Position numbers and translations under genes: made by a program. A DNA stretch of 32,782 nt, from contig CAIOHW010000203.1 of NCBI GenBank assembly GCA_903858195.1, positions 1-32,782 on the forward strand. Reading direction: 5' to 3'. This document shows, piece by piece, positions 22,846 to 30,726 of the stretch (positions within the stretch are counted from its first letter, which is position 1; every line of letters begins with the position of its first letter). The notes under the pieces were generated by a model. That model made no database searches, had not been told where the DNA came from, and was given only the letters and a program-made list of their open reading frames with translations. The DNA is from Oligoflexia bacterium (lineage in GTDB: Bacteria; Bdellovibrionota; UBA1018).

Positions 22846-24171
22846 CTACCGAGTTTTCACGCGAGGTCCCTTGAGCACTGCCGGAATCTGCTCATACCCC
22901 ACCAGGAAGAGTCTGGACTCACGCTCCGGGGTGGTGTCCGGGCCCAAAGGGAGCCTGAGGCGATATCCTGCCGGAAGCCGCTCACGACCCCTCCAATGGG
23001 CATCCGAGAGGCCCGAATTGAGGTCCCGGATCTGTTCGCGGCCAAGCTTGAGGTAGCGATCGAGCTCTAAATACGAGATGGCCTGCGGGAGCTCGACTTC
23101 ATAGTAGCTGAGGGGCGGCTCGCGCTCGAGCTTGCCAAAGTAGGTCTCGGCGTTTCGCTCAATGTCGATGGCAGCCAGCAGACAGGCAAAGAAGTTCGAA
23201 CTGGCAAATCCAAAGCTTCGACTCTTGTACCCATACAAGATGTCCTCGAGCTTGTCGGAGCCCGTCTGGCGAACAGCCCGCATGAGGCCCATCCGTCCGT
23301 GATTATAGGCCGTGACGGCAAGGGGCCAGTTGCCGAGCGATTCGTAGTTGTGGGTCAGGAGCCGAGCCGCCGCCTCGGTTGCCCGAAGCGGATCATTTCG
23401 CTCGTCGAGTCCTCCCTTGATCTTGAGGTAGAGCCTTCCGGTCGAGCGCATGAACTGCCAGATCCCGCTCGCTCCCACCTTGGAGCGGGCCTTGAGGTTG
23501 AAGCTGCTCTCCACAAACGGAAGACGGGTGAGTTCAAGCGGGAGCCCGGCTTCCTTGAAGACCTTTTCCATGTGCACGAGATAGCGTCCCGAGGCGATGT
23601 AGCCCTCGCGGAATCGATCCTTCTGGCCGAGCTGCGTTCTTAAGCGCTTGCGATGGGCTGCGTTCAGGAACTTGTTCGGCTCCTCGACACCCTTGAAGAG
23701 CTCGGCCACCTTCTGCTCGTCTTCGTTCCACGAGCCCGGGTCAAACTGCTTGCGGTGCAGACTCATCAGCACTTCGCGCCAGTGGGCCTTGGCGGCGCGG
23801 GTGCGCCGGCTGATTTCCCGTTGCGATTCATTGGGGCCGTATTGCAGGACCTCGTAGATCAAGTCGATATGACGACTGTCGTGGACGAGCGCCTGACGCG
23901 TGTCATACTGACCGTAGATGCGCTTCCAAAACTCCACCTGCCGCCTGAGCTGGGGTACGACCACAAACCCGGGGTCCACTCCCTTGACCGACGTCTCTGG
24001 AAGGGCAGGTGCGGGTGCCGATGCAGCCTCGAAGGCTTCGGGCGCAGGCTCTTCGTTTGCCGGCGCCACAGGGCGCGCAGCACCCCGGGCATGGAGCCAC
24101 TCACCCACCATCCAGGTGGAAGCACTGGCCAGAAACACAATCATTACCCAGCGAGGAGCCCTGCGCGACAT
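22846..24171 (-). CDS. mltD: MltD-like lytic murein transglycosylase (GH23/SLT domain)
   Basis: N-terminal signal/anchor. LPFVESSFN..A.S.VGASGIWQFM..TG......DER.DP..AT.AAA..L...Y...G.WPLAVTAYNHG is the MltD-type SLT core. I recognised no LysM repeats. Confidence 0.8.
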   Translation of the reverse strand: MSRRAPRWVMIVFLASASTWMVGEWLHARGAARPVAPANEEPAPEAFEAASAPAPALPETSVKGVDPGFVVVPQLRRQVEFWKRIYGQYDTRQALVHDSRHIDLIYEVLQYGPNESQREISRRTRAAKAHWREVLMSLHRKQFDPGSWNEDEQKVAELFKGVEEPNKFLNAAHRKRLRTQLGQKDRFREGYIASGRYLVHMEKVFKEAGLPLELTRLPFVESSFNLKARSKVGASGIWQFMRSTGRLYLKIKGGLDERNDPLRATEAAARLLTHNYESLGNWPLAVTAYNHGRMGLMRAVRQTGSDKLEDILYGYKSRSFGFASSNFFACLLAAIDIERNAETYFGKLEREPPLSYYEVELPQAISYLELDRYLKLGREQIRDLNSGLSDAHWRGRERLPAGYRLRLPLGPDTTPERESRLFLVGYEQIPAVLKGPRVKTR

Positions 24172-24214
24172 GGTCGTTCATGGTAGGGCGAGCCCGGTTT
24201 CGAGACAAGGCGCG

Positions 24215-25768
24215 ATGCTGCGATGGCCGCAATGGCTGCAATACCCGGCGCTGACCGCCAGTTTCATGGCGCTCATCTGGGTCGGCCTCTCGGACGCCAC
24301 TGCCGGCGTTACCCGTGACATCATCGTCGATCAGCCACCAGCGACCTTGAACCCACGCATGACGCTCGACGCCTCAGGCCAGCGCATCAACGCCCTGCTC
24401 TTTGCCGCGCTCACTCGGGTGGGCCCCGACCTCGCGGTACTGCCCGACCTTGCCCGCTCCTGGAGGGGCGAGCGAGGGAATCGTCAATGGCACTTCGAGA
24501 TCGCCCCCGGGCGCACCGACCATTCGGGCCGGGAGATCTCGGCCAAGGACCTGGCAAGCTGCTTCGAGGCGTATGCTTCCAAACCCCGGGCGCTGGCGAT
24601 CCAGTCCCTGAGCGAATGGAGCAGGCTTGAGGTTTCGGGCCAGACCCTGACCTTCGAACTCGCCCGCCCCGATCCGCACTTTCCCCGTAACGTGACGCTC
24701 TTGCGCTACTTCCGTACTGACGGCGGCCCGCCCTGCGCCGAGGCCCTGGCCGGCAGCAGGCTCATCACCAGCGGCCCATTCCGCGCCGACACGAGGGCTT
24801 TCGAGTCCAGCCTGAGGCTTGAGCGCCGCAAAAGCGATGGCGGCTTCGAGCCGGCAGGCAGTCTCCAATTCGTGCGCGATGAAATGACCCGCACCCTCAA
24901 GTTGCTGCGCGGCCGCACTTCGATTGCCCAAAATGGTTTCTCTCCCGTACGCACGCGCTGGCTGCAGGAGCACTATCCCGAGCGCTTCAAGCTCATCGAG
25001 GCGCCCGGAGTGAACGTCAGCTACCTCGCCTTCAACCTGCGTGATCGCCAGCTCGCAGACGCGAGGGTCCGCCGCGCACTGGCCATGGCCATCCCCATTG
25101 ACGCCATCATCCGGCACAAGCTTGCCGGAATGGCCGATCCGGCTACGAGCTTCCTTGCTCCGTTTCTTCCTGATTCCAGGCCCCCCGCACGGCTGCCTGA
25201 GGATTCCGTCGAGGCGGGCAGGCTCCTGGATGAAGCCGGGCATCCTCGTGATCCTGCCACGGGCGTTCGCCGGACGTTGCGGCTCACGTTCAAGACCACT
25301 CCAATTCGTGAGGGCTACGAGATCGTCAGGGTGATTCAAGACGCCTGGCATCGCATCGGAGTCGAGATCGAAGTCCAAGTGGTCGAGCCAGCGGTATTCC
25401 TTGCCTCAGTGCGCAGGGGTGCCTTCCAGTTGTCGCTGGGCCGCTGGGTGGGTGTTGCCGACTCCTCGATCCTCGAGCGCACGCTGCGCACGGGGCACGT
25501 ATCCAACCGTTCGGGGTACTCAAACGCCGAGGCCGACGCTCTGCTGGACCGAATTGCCGCTGCTCAGACTCCCGAGCAGCGAGCCGGGGCCGTGGGTCGG
25601 CTGCAAGCGCTCATGCTGCAGGATCTGCCCTACTTTCCGCTCTGGTTCTGGAAAAATGCACTGCTCCATGACCTGAGGCTGGGCGGCCTCTCGGCTGAGA
25701 ATCTTTCACGCAGCGGGGGTCTGGCACCCCTGTTTGACCTCAGGCCCTTGGAGGGGGCCAGTCCATGA
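24215..25768 (+). CDS. ABC-type family-5 (peptide/nickel, DppA/OppA-like) solute-binding protein, orphan
   Basis: ATG at 24215 gives a signal-like N-terminus (MLRWPQWLQYPALTASFMALIWVGL). The longer track ORF would overlap the mltD-like gene. The size and segments such as LNP....D..........LF..L......L.P.LA.SW, VNVSYLAFN and RRALA.AI fit SBP_bac_5. No permease or ATPase genes are adjacent. Confidence 0.6.
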   Translation: MLRWPQWLQYPALTASFMALIWVGLSDATAGVTRDIIVDQPPATLNPRMTLDASGQRINALLFAALTRVGPDLAVLPDLARSWRGERGNRQWHFEIAPGRTDHSGREISAKDLASCFEAYASKPRALAIQSLSEWSRLEVSGQTLTFELARPDPHFPRNVTLLRYFRTDGGPPCAEALAGSRLITSGPFRADTRAFESSLRLERRKSDGGFEPAGSLQFVRDEMTRTLKLLRGRTSIAQNGFSPVRTRWLQEHYPERFKLIEAPGVNVSYLAFNLRDRQLADARVRRALAMAIPIDAIIRHKLAGMADPATSFLAPFLPDSRPPARLPEDSVEAGRLLDEAGHPRDPATGVRRTLRLTFKTTPIREGYEIVRVIQDAWHRIGVEIEVQVVEPAVFLASVRRGAFQLSLGRWVGVADSSILERTLRTGHVSNRSGYSNAEADALLDRIAAAQTPEQRAGAVGRLQALMLQDLPYFPLWFWKNALLHDLRLGGLSAENLSRSGGLAPLFDLRPLEGASP

Positions 25769-26562
25769 GATCAAGAATTCCACGCGTCCTCTGCGGCACG
25801 CTCCCCACGTCAAAATCCCCGGTACAGCTCCCCGAAGATGAGGCCTCACACCTGCACTCGGTGCTCCGACTGCGGGACGGAGATCCAGTCGTTGCACTCG
25901 ACGGCAAGGGCCACGAGGTACAGGCCAGGCTCCAGCATCGCGACAAGACGGCATGGGTGGCCACCGATCACGACAAACCCACGCGCACCCACTCCCTCGA
26001 TGACGAGACCACGCCGCTCGTGCTCGAGGTGGCCATCCTCAAGGGGGATGCCATGAGCTGGGTGATCGAAAAGGCCGTTGAAATGGGGGTTCGACGCCTG
26101 GTCCCACTGGTCTGCGACTACGGAGTGGTTGAGATCGGAAAGAAAGGAAGCCAGCACTTCGTCGAGCGCTGGCAGCGCATCGCCGACCAGGCCCTCAAGC
26201 AGTGCGAGAGGCTGAACCGAATGAAAGTCGATGCCCCCTCACCCGTGCTCGAGACCCTGAAGTACCAGGCCCACCAGCGCTGGGTCGCCGTTGAGCCCCG
26301 AGCGGGTTTCGAAGAGGCAGTGCCCTTCCGCTTCCTTTCTGAGGCCCTCAAGGAGCGTGATGAGATCCATGTGCTCGTCGGACCCGAAGGGGGCTGGAGC
26401 CCCGCCGAGTGCGACGCCTTCCGGGCCGAATCCAAGCATCGCGCGCTCCGCCCGGCGAGCCTCGGCCCGCTGGTGCTCAGGGCCGAGACGGCTGCGCTTT
26501 TCGTGATGGGATCGGCACTTTCGTCGCAGATCCTTTCACGACATGGAAAGCTCCGGCCTTGA
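25765..26562 (+). CDS. rsmE: 16S rRNA (uracil1498-N3)-methyltransferase
   Basis: HL..VLRL..GD.V...DG.G....A.....LKGD....VIEKAVEMGV..L.P......V......RWQRIA..A.KQC.R...VGPEGGWSP.E....LGP.VLRAETA is the RsmE pattern. ATGA overlap with the upstream SBP gene. Confidence 0.85.
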   Translation: MRSRIPRVLCGTLPTSKSPVQLPEDEASHLHSVLRLRDGDPVVALDGKGHEVQARLQHRDKTAWVATDHDKPTRTHSLDDETTPLVLEVAILKGDAMSWVIEKAVEMGVRRLVPLVCDYGVVEIGKKGSQHFVERWQRIADQALKQCERLNRMKVDAPSPVLETLKYQAHQRWVAVEPRAGFEEAVPFRFLSEALKERDEIHVLVGPEGGWSPAECDAFRAESKHRALRPASLGPLVLRAETAALFVMGSALSSQILSRHGKLRP

Positions 26563-26593
26563 CGCTCGCACTTCAACAAGCGACAACCAACGC

Positions 26594-27271
26594 ATGAACA
26601 CGGAGAGCCCCGAGACAAAGCTCGACTTCAAGCCCGTTCACCGCGGATTGGGCTTCCACCCTTTCTCGGACGGACTTCCGTACACGCCCAGTGGCGCAAC
26701 CGTGGCAGGTCCCGTCCGTGTTGCCCCGACGATCACCCGACCGCAGCCCGTCGTCCTGCGTGGCAGGCCGCTTGCTGATCTTCAAACTCAGCCCGTGGCT
26801 CAAACGCAGCCCGTGGCTCAAACTCAGGCTCAGCCGCAGGCCGAGGCTCCAGTCCTGCCCAGTCTGGGCTGGGTATACCTTCTTGGCCGCATCACGGCCT
26901 TTGTCATCGATCTCATCGTGCATCCCGCCTTTTCGATGCTTGTACTCATGGGTGTCACCGTGCTTCGCGGGCACGAGCCGATGGTGTTGTTTGGCGCCGG
27001 GGTTTTCGAAGTGGCGCTGCTCTTCTCGTTCGCCTTGGGAGCGGCGCTCATGATGGCGCAAGAAGTGGTGCTGGGCTCGACTCCGGGCAAGCGCATCGTC
27101 GGGCTCAGGCTCCGCGGCAGCTCGGCTGCGATTTTCATGCGCTCGTTCTTTTTCATTCCAAGCGTGCTCTTCATGGGTACGGGGATCCTTTGGGCTCTTT
27201 TCAACCGTCAGCGCCGCTGCTGGCATGACCTAGCGGCCGATGTGCAACCGCTTCCCGTTTCCAGGAGTTAA
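26594..27271 (+). CDS. RDD-family membrane protein
   Basis: ATG at 26594 follows the rsmE stop. R..A...D......(TM segments)...[11 protein letters not shown]...[11 protein letters not shown] is the RDD pattern. The N-terminal cytoplasmic part contains a QTQPVA repeat. Confidence 0.6.
   Translation: MNTESPETKLDFKPVHRGLGFHPFSDGLPYTPSGATVAGPVRVAPTITRPQPVVLRGRPLADLQTQPVAQTQPVAQTQAQPQAEAPVLPSLGWVYLLGRITAFVIDLIVHPAFSMLVLMGVTVLRGHEPMVLFGAGVFEVALLFSFALGAALMMAQEVVLGSTPGKRIVGLRLRGSSAAIFMRSFFFIPSVLFMGTGILWALFNRQRRCWHDLAADVQPLPVSRS
26783..26836 (+). repeat. 18-nt tandem repeat (about 2.5 copies) encoding QTQPVA units
   Basis: caaactcagcccgtggct (26783-26800), caaacgcagcccgtggct (26801-18), then caaactcag... 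degenerating. Confidence 0.85.
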
Positions 27272-27276
27272 ATCGG

Positions 27277-27813
27277 GTGACCGGCTCGCGTTCCAAGATC
27301 CGCCGCCCCGGCTCGCTCAGGCGGGCTCTACCGGCTCGCAAGAAGATCGTTTTTACGAACGGCTGCTTTGACCTCCTCCATCCCGGGCACGTGGCCTACC
27401 TCGAGCAGGCCCGCAGACAGGGCGATCTGCTGGTGGTTGCGCTCAACTCAGATGCATCCGTTTCAAGACTCAAGGGCCCATCTCGCCCCATCAATCGACT
27501 CGAAGACCGATTGGCCGTGATCGCAGGCCTGGGGTGCGTGGACTATGTCACTTGGTTTGAGCAGGACACGCCGCTTGAGCTCATCCGGCTGCTTGGTGAC
27601 CGCATCCGCGTGCTGGTCAAAGGCGGCGACTGGAAGCCTGCGCAGATTGTGGGTTCAACTGAAGTGCTCTCGTGGGGCGGCCGGGTCAAAAGCCTGAAGT
27701 TTGTCGAAGGCAAGAGCACCACCTCGATGCTCGAGCGGGCTATGCGGCCGAAGGCGCAGCCGAAGGGGCAGCCGAAGGGGCAGATGAAGGCGCGACCCGG
27801 GCGTCGGGCATAG
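27277..27813 (+). CDS. hldC: D-glycero-beta-D-manno-heptose-1-phosphate adenylyltransferase (RfaE domain II type cytidylyltransferase)
   Basis: [18 protein letters not shown]...GD.L.V.LNSD.S...LKG..RPI....R........VD.V..F..DTP..LI is canonical. GTG start. It has a basic [20 protein letters not shown] tail encoded by a 12-nt tandem repeat. Confidence 0.85.
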   Translation: MTGSRSKIRRPGSLRRALPARKKIVFTNGCFDLLHPGHVAYLEQARRQGDLLVVALNSDASVSRLKGPSRPINRLEDRLAVIAGLGCVDYVTWFEQDTPLELIRLLGDRIRVLVKGGDWKPAQIVGSTEVLSWGGRVKSLKFVEGKSTTSMLERAMRPKAQPKGQPKGQMKARPGRRA

Positions 27814-28165
27814 TCAGGCCCGGCCTGAGGATCTGGGTCAGCATCTCGGGCCGAAAAGGCTTGGGAAGAAAGCCCCACACATCCAGGCCCGCGCACTGCG
27901 AGCGACAGCCGACATCACCCGAAAAAACAACAAACCGGGGAGCAAACAGGGGCAACACGAAGGCACCGGCCTTTTGGAGAAACTCGCCCCCGGTCATCCC
28001 GGGCATATTCCAGTCAACTAGGGCCAAGTCCACGATATTGCTGCCCAAATAGTCAAGGGCGGCAGCTGGCTCTGCAAAGGCTGCGACTTCGCAGCCTTCC
28101 CACTGGAGCAGGAGCTCCATGGATTCTCGAACTCCGTCATGATCTTCGACGACCAGCACCTTCAC
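27740..28165 (-). CDS. Single-domain CheY-like response regulator
   Basis: GTG start. KVLVVEDHD...[13 protein letters not shown]...VVFSG...LPKPF are canonical REC residues. The C-terminal [17 protein letters not shown] tail overlaps hldC by 74 nt. Confidence 0.8.
   Translation of the reverse strand: MKVLVVEDHDGVRESMELLLQWEGCEVAAFAEPAAALDYLGSNIVDLALVDWNMPGMTGGEFLQKAGAFVLPLFAPRFVVFSGDVGCRSQCAGLDVWGFLPKPFRPEMLTQILRPGLTMPDARVAPSSAPSAAPSAAPSAA
27748..27795. repeat. 12-nt tandem repeat (about 4 copies) read on both strands
   Basis: gccgaaggcgca / gccgaaggggca / gccgaaggggca / gatgaaggcgcg. The plus frame gives (P)KxQ units and the minus frame gives APSA units of the convergent REC gene. Confidence 0.85.
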
Positions 28166-28246
28166 GCGGGCGTGCTAATAACCTTGCCCGGTTCTCCGGA
28201 CAACAAAATTGGCCGTCAAGAAAGTGTCAGGCCGGTAAACCGGCGT

Positions 28247-28768
28247 TCAGGACGACTTGCCGCGAAGCATTCGGTCAAAAAACGCGACCGACATGAGCGA
28301 AAGCCCGTAGGCCATCCAGAATCCGAACCCCGCGCCACGAGAGAGCGCGGCTGCGCGGATGTCGAGAAAGGACGGGCTAAACAGGTTGTTGATGAAGATC
28401 CAGCTGAAAGCGCCCCAGGTGAAGCCCATGCCGAGCAGGGGGCCGGGAGCGTTACTGAAGGTGAAATGCGCAAACACCGCGCCCAGAAATGCGGCAAGGA
28501 GCTCAAACGCCACGAACCCGAGCACAACGGCCAGAAGCCCCGTTCCGGCCATACCCACTTCGGTGGCCGAGCTTCCCAGAAACGGAAGGGCCATGAGCTT
28601 GACGGTGAAAAGCGCCTCGGCGCCCTGCATCCGGCAATAGATGGCAGCCAGCGCAAGCGCCACGACTCCACCGAAAGCACCCGCCATGGCGCCGGCAGTC
28701 CAGCGGATGGGGTCCAGCTTGAGCCAAGGGGCGACGATGTCGATGTCTTTTTCCATTTCAGTGTGCAT
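28247..28768 (-). CDS. Hypothetical integral membrane protein (about 4 TM, Gly/Ala/Phe-rich)
   Basis: ORF 28247..28840. I chose ATG at 28768 (MHTEMEKDID...) so that it does not overlap the divergent amidohydrolase start at 28833. I recognise no family. Confidence 0.5.
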   Translation of the reverse strand: MHTEMEKDIDIVAPWLKLDPIRWTAGAMAGAFGGVVALALAAIYCRMQGAEALFTVKLMALPFLGSSATEVGMAGTGLLAVVLGFVAFELLAAFLGAVFAHFTFSNAPGPLLGMGFTWGAFSWIFINNLFSPSFLDIRAAALSRGAGFGFWMAYGLSLMSVAFFDRMLRGKSS

Positions 28769-28832
28769 GTTCCCGGTTTTCGCACACCTTGCCGATGCCC
28801 ACAATCGCCTTCTCGGGTACACTGAAAGGCCT

Positions 28833-29786
28833 ATGTCCACGATCGACTTTCATGTGCACGTTTTTCCGAATCCGATCGAAATGGCGGTCCCCAAAGAGCT
28901 CGGTTCGTATCTCGATCTGGCGCGGCGCATGGCGCGTCAGATCCTCGAGCCCGCCGATCAGCGCATGCATCAGCTGCAGGTCTGGATGCGCCACCTGCCT
29001 GAACCCGCCCGCGCGGGCCTCGATCAGCTGGGGGGTCTCACCGCCCTGCCAAGGCTACTTGTAGAATCGACTCCCACCGATCTTCTCGAAGCCATGGACT
29101 CGGCCGGGGTCGATCAGGCGGTGGTCATTGCCCATCCGCCCTTTGCCTCAAACGAATGGGTGCTTGAGGTCTGCCGCGACCATGCCGAGCGGCTGGTACC
29201 GGTGGTCAACGTCGCCCGGGGCACCGACTCTCCGGGCCGCAAGCTCGAGGACTATCTCGAGCAGGGTGCGCGCGCCCTCAAGATCCATGCGGCAGCCGAT
29301 GGCGAGGGGCCAGACAGCCCCAGATACCGCGAGCTGCTCGAAGTGGCGCGAGCGCGCAAGCTTCCGGTCATCCTGCATACGGGGTGCATTCATAACCGGC
29401 TCTTCTACAAGCAGCCCGAGTTCGGACGGGTGGAGGCCTTTGCCCCTTGGTTCGAGGCCTACCCTGAGATCCCTTTCGTGCTCGCGCACATGAACTTTCA
29501 CGAACCGCAAAAGGCGATCGAACTGGGCGAGCTGCACGCAAATGTCATGGTCGACACTTCGTGGCAGCCCCCCGAGATGATCGGCGAGGCCATTCATCGG
29601 CTGGGGGCCCGGCGCGTGCTCTTTGGCTCGGACTGGCCGTTCGTGGGCGGAAACCTCGCCATCGGCAAGAAGCGCATCGAAGAAGGCGTCGCTTCCGGCG
29701 CCTACTCGCAAGAAGACGCCGACCTCGTCCTGGGCGGTAACGCCATGAAACTGCTTCTGGGTGGAGTCGATGCCGCGATGGCTTGA
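28833..29786 (+). CDS. Amidohydrolase-2 (PF04909-like, TIM-barrel metal hydrolase) family protein
   Basis: ATG at 28833 gives MSTIDFHVHVFP (the HxH metal motif at the N-terminus). An internal KIH...LHTG and C-terminal LFGSDWPF are typical of the family. Confidence 0.65.
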   Translation: MSTIDFHVHVFPNPIEMAVPKELGSYLDLARRMARQILEPADQRMHQLQVWMRHLPEPARAGLDQLGGLTALPRLLVESTPTDLLEAMDSAGVDQAVVIAHPPFASNEWVLEVCRDHAERLVPVVNVARGTDSPGRKLEDYLEQGARALKIHAAADGEGPDSPRYRELLEVARARKLPVILHTGCIHNRLFYKQPEFGRVEAFAPWFEAYPEIPFVLAHMNFHEPQKAIELGELHANVMVDTSWQPPEMIGEAIHRLGARRVLFGSDWPFVGGNLAIGKKRIEEGVASGAYSQEDADLVLGGNAMKLLLGGVDAAMA

Positions 29787-30708
29787 GCGCATGACTGCCG
29801 ACGAGATCGAAGCCCTTCCGCGGGGCACGACCGTCGTGTTTTTTCCGGTAGGCGCCCTCGAGGACCACGGCCCGCACCTTCCGGTCGGGCTTGACCTCGA
29901 CGAGGCCGAAGCCCTTTGCAGGCTTGCAGCCGAGAGGCTTGAGGCCGAAAACAAGGGTTGGGTCGGTGTGATCGCGCCGCGCGCTCCGGTCGCTGTCGAG
30001 ACCCACACAAGCTCTTGGGCTTTTGCCGTTCGCGGATACGTGCTGCGAGATTATCTCGTCGATGCAGGCTGGCCGTGGCTCAGGCAGGGATTTCGATTTC
30101 TGGTCTGCTTTGCCGGTAATCCAAGCCCTCGCAATCTGGTCGCGATCGAAGAGGCGGGGCGACTCCTCACCCGCCGCGCACGGCGCGCGCGCGGCAGGAT
30201 CCTGGAGTTCTTCAAGGGCTCAAGCTACGGCCCGCCTTCGCTCGTCTCGGGCCGATCGGGCGAGTCGCAGCCCGCCGATGTGTGGCCGGCGATCTTGGGC
30301 TCCGACCCAGACGAGCACGGAGGCAAGCGCGACACCTCGATGGCCCTATGGCTCTACCAAGACTCACCCCGAGAGCCGCGCTCGCTTCCTCCCGCATTTC
30401 CACGCAACGGCTCACGCTGGTCGCGCCTCATCGATCGCCTGCGCCACCGTCGATGGGGCTACTGGGGCGATCCATCGCAACCCGACATCGAGCACGCCCA
30501 GTCCCTGATCGAAGAAGAGCTCAAGGGTTTCTCGCTCCGGCTCCGGGCCTGGATCGAAGGCGCCAATCCCGACCGCGTCTTCGGCTCCTGGCATGCCCTC
30601 GTGCCGTCGAATCGCACGACCTTTCGGGCGTGGCTTCTTTTTGTCGCGATCCTGATCCTTGCTCTTCTTTACGTGCGCTCGGGTCTTCTGCCCACGATCG
30701 AAGGCTAG
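29770..30708 (+). CDS. Creatininase-family (creatinine amidohydrolase/MftE-like) protein with C-terminal TM helix
   Basis: VVFFPVGALEDHGPHLPVGLD matches the family E-x-HG-x-HLP-x-x-x-D metal motif. DEHGGKRDTSMAL matches H-A/G-G-x-x-E/D-TS. The C-terminus FRAWLLFVAILILALLYV is hydrophobic. Start candidates are 29761 (GTG), 29770 (ATG) and 29791 (ATG). Confidence 0.7.
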   Translation: MPRWLERMTADEIEALPRGTTVVFFPVGALEDHGPHLPVGLDLDEAEALCRLAAERLEAENKGWVGVIAPRAPVAVETHTSSWAFAVRGYVLRDYLVDAGWPWLRQGFRFLVCFAGNPSPRNLVAIEEAGRLLTRRARRARGRILEFFKGSSYGPPSLVSGRSGESQPADVWPAILGSDPDEHGGKRDTSMALWLYQDSPREPRSLPPAFPRNGSRWSRLIDRLRHRRWGYWGDPSQPDIEHAQSLIEEELKGFSLRLRAWIEGANPDRVFGSWHALVPSNRTTFRAWLLFVAILILALLYVRSGLLPTIEG

Positions 30709-30726
30709 GCCCTTGCCCCCCTGCCA

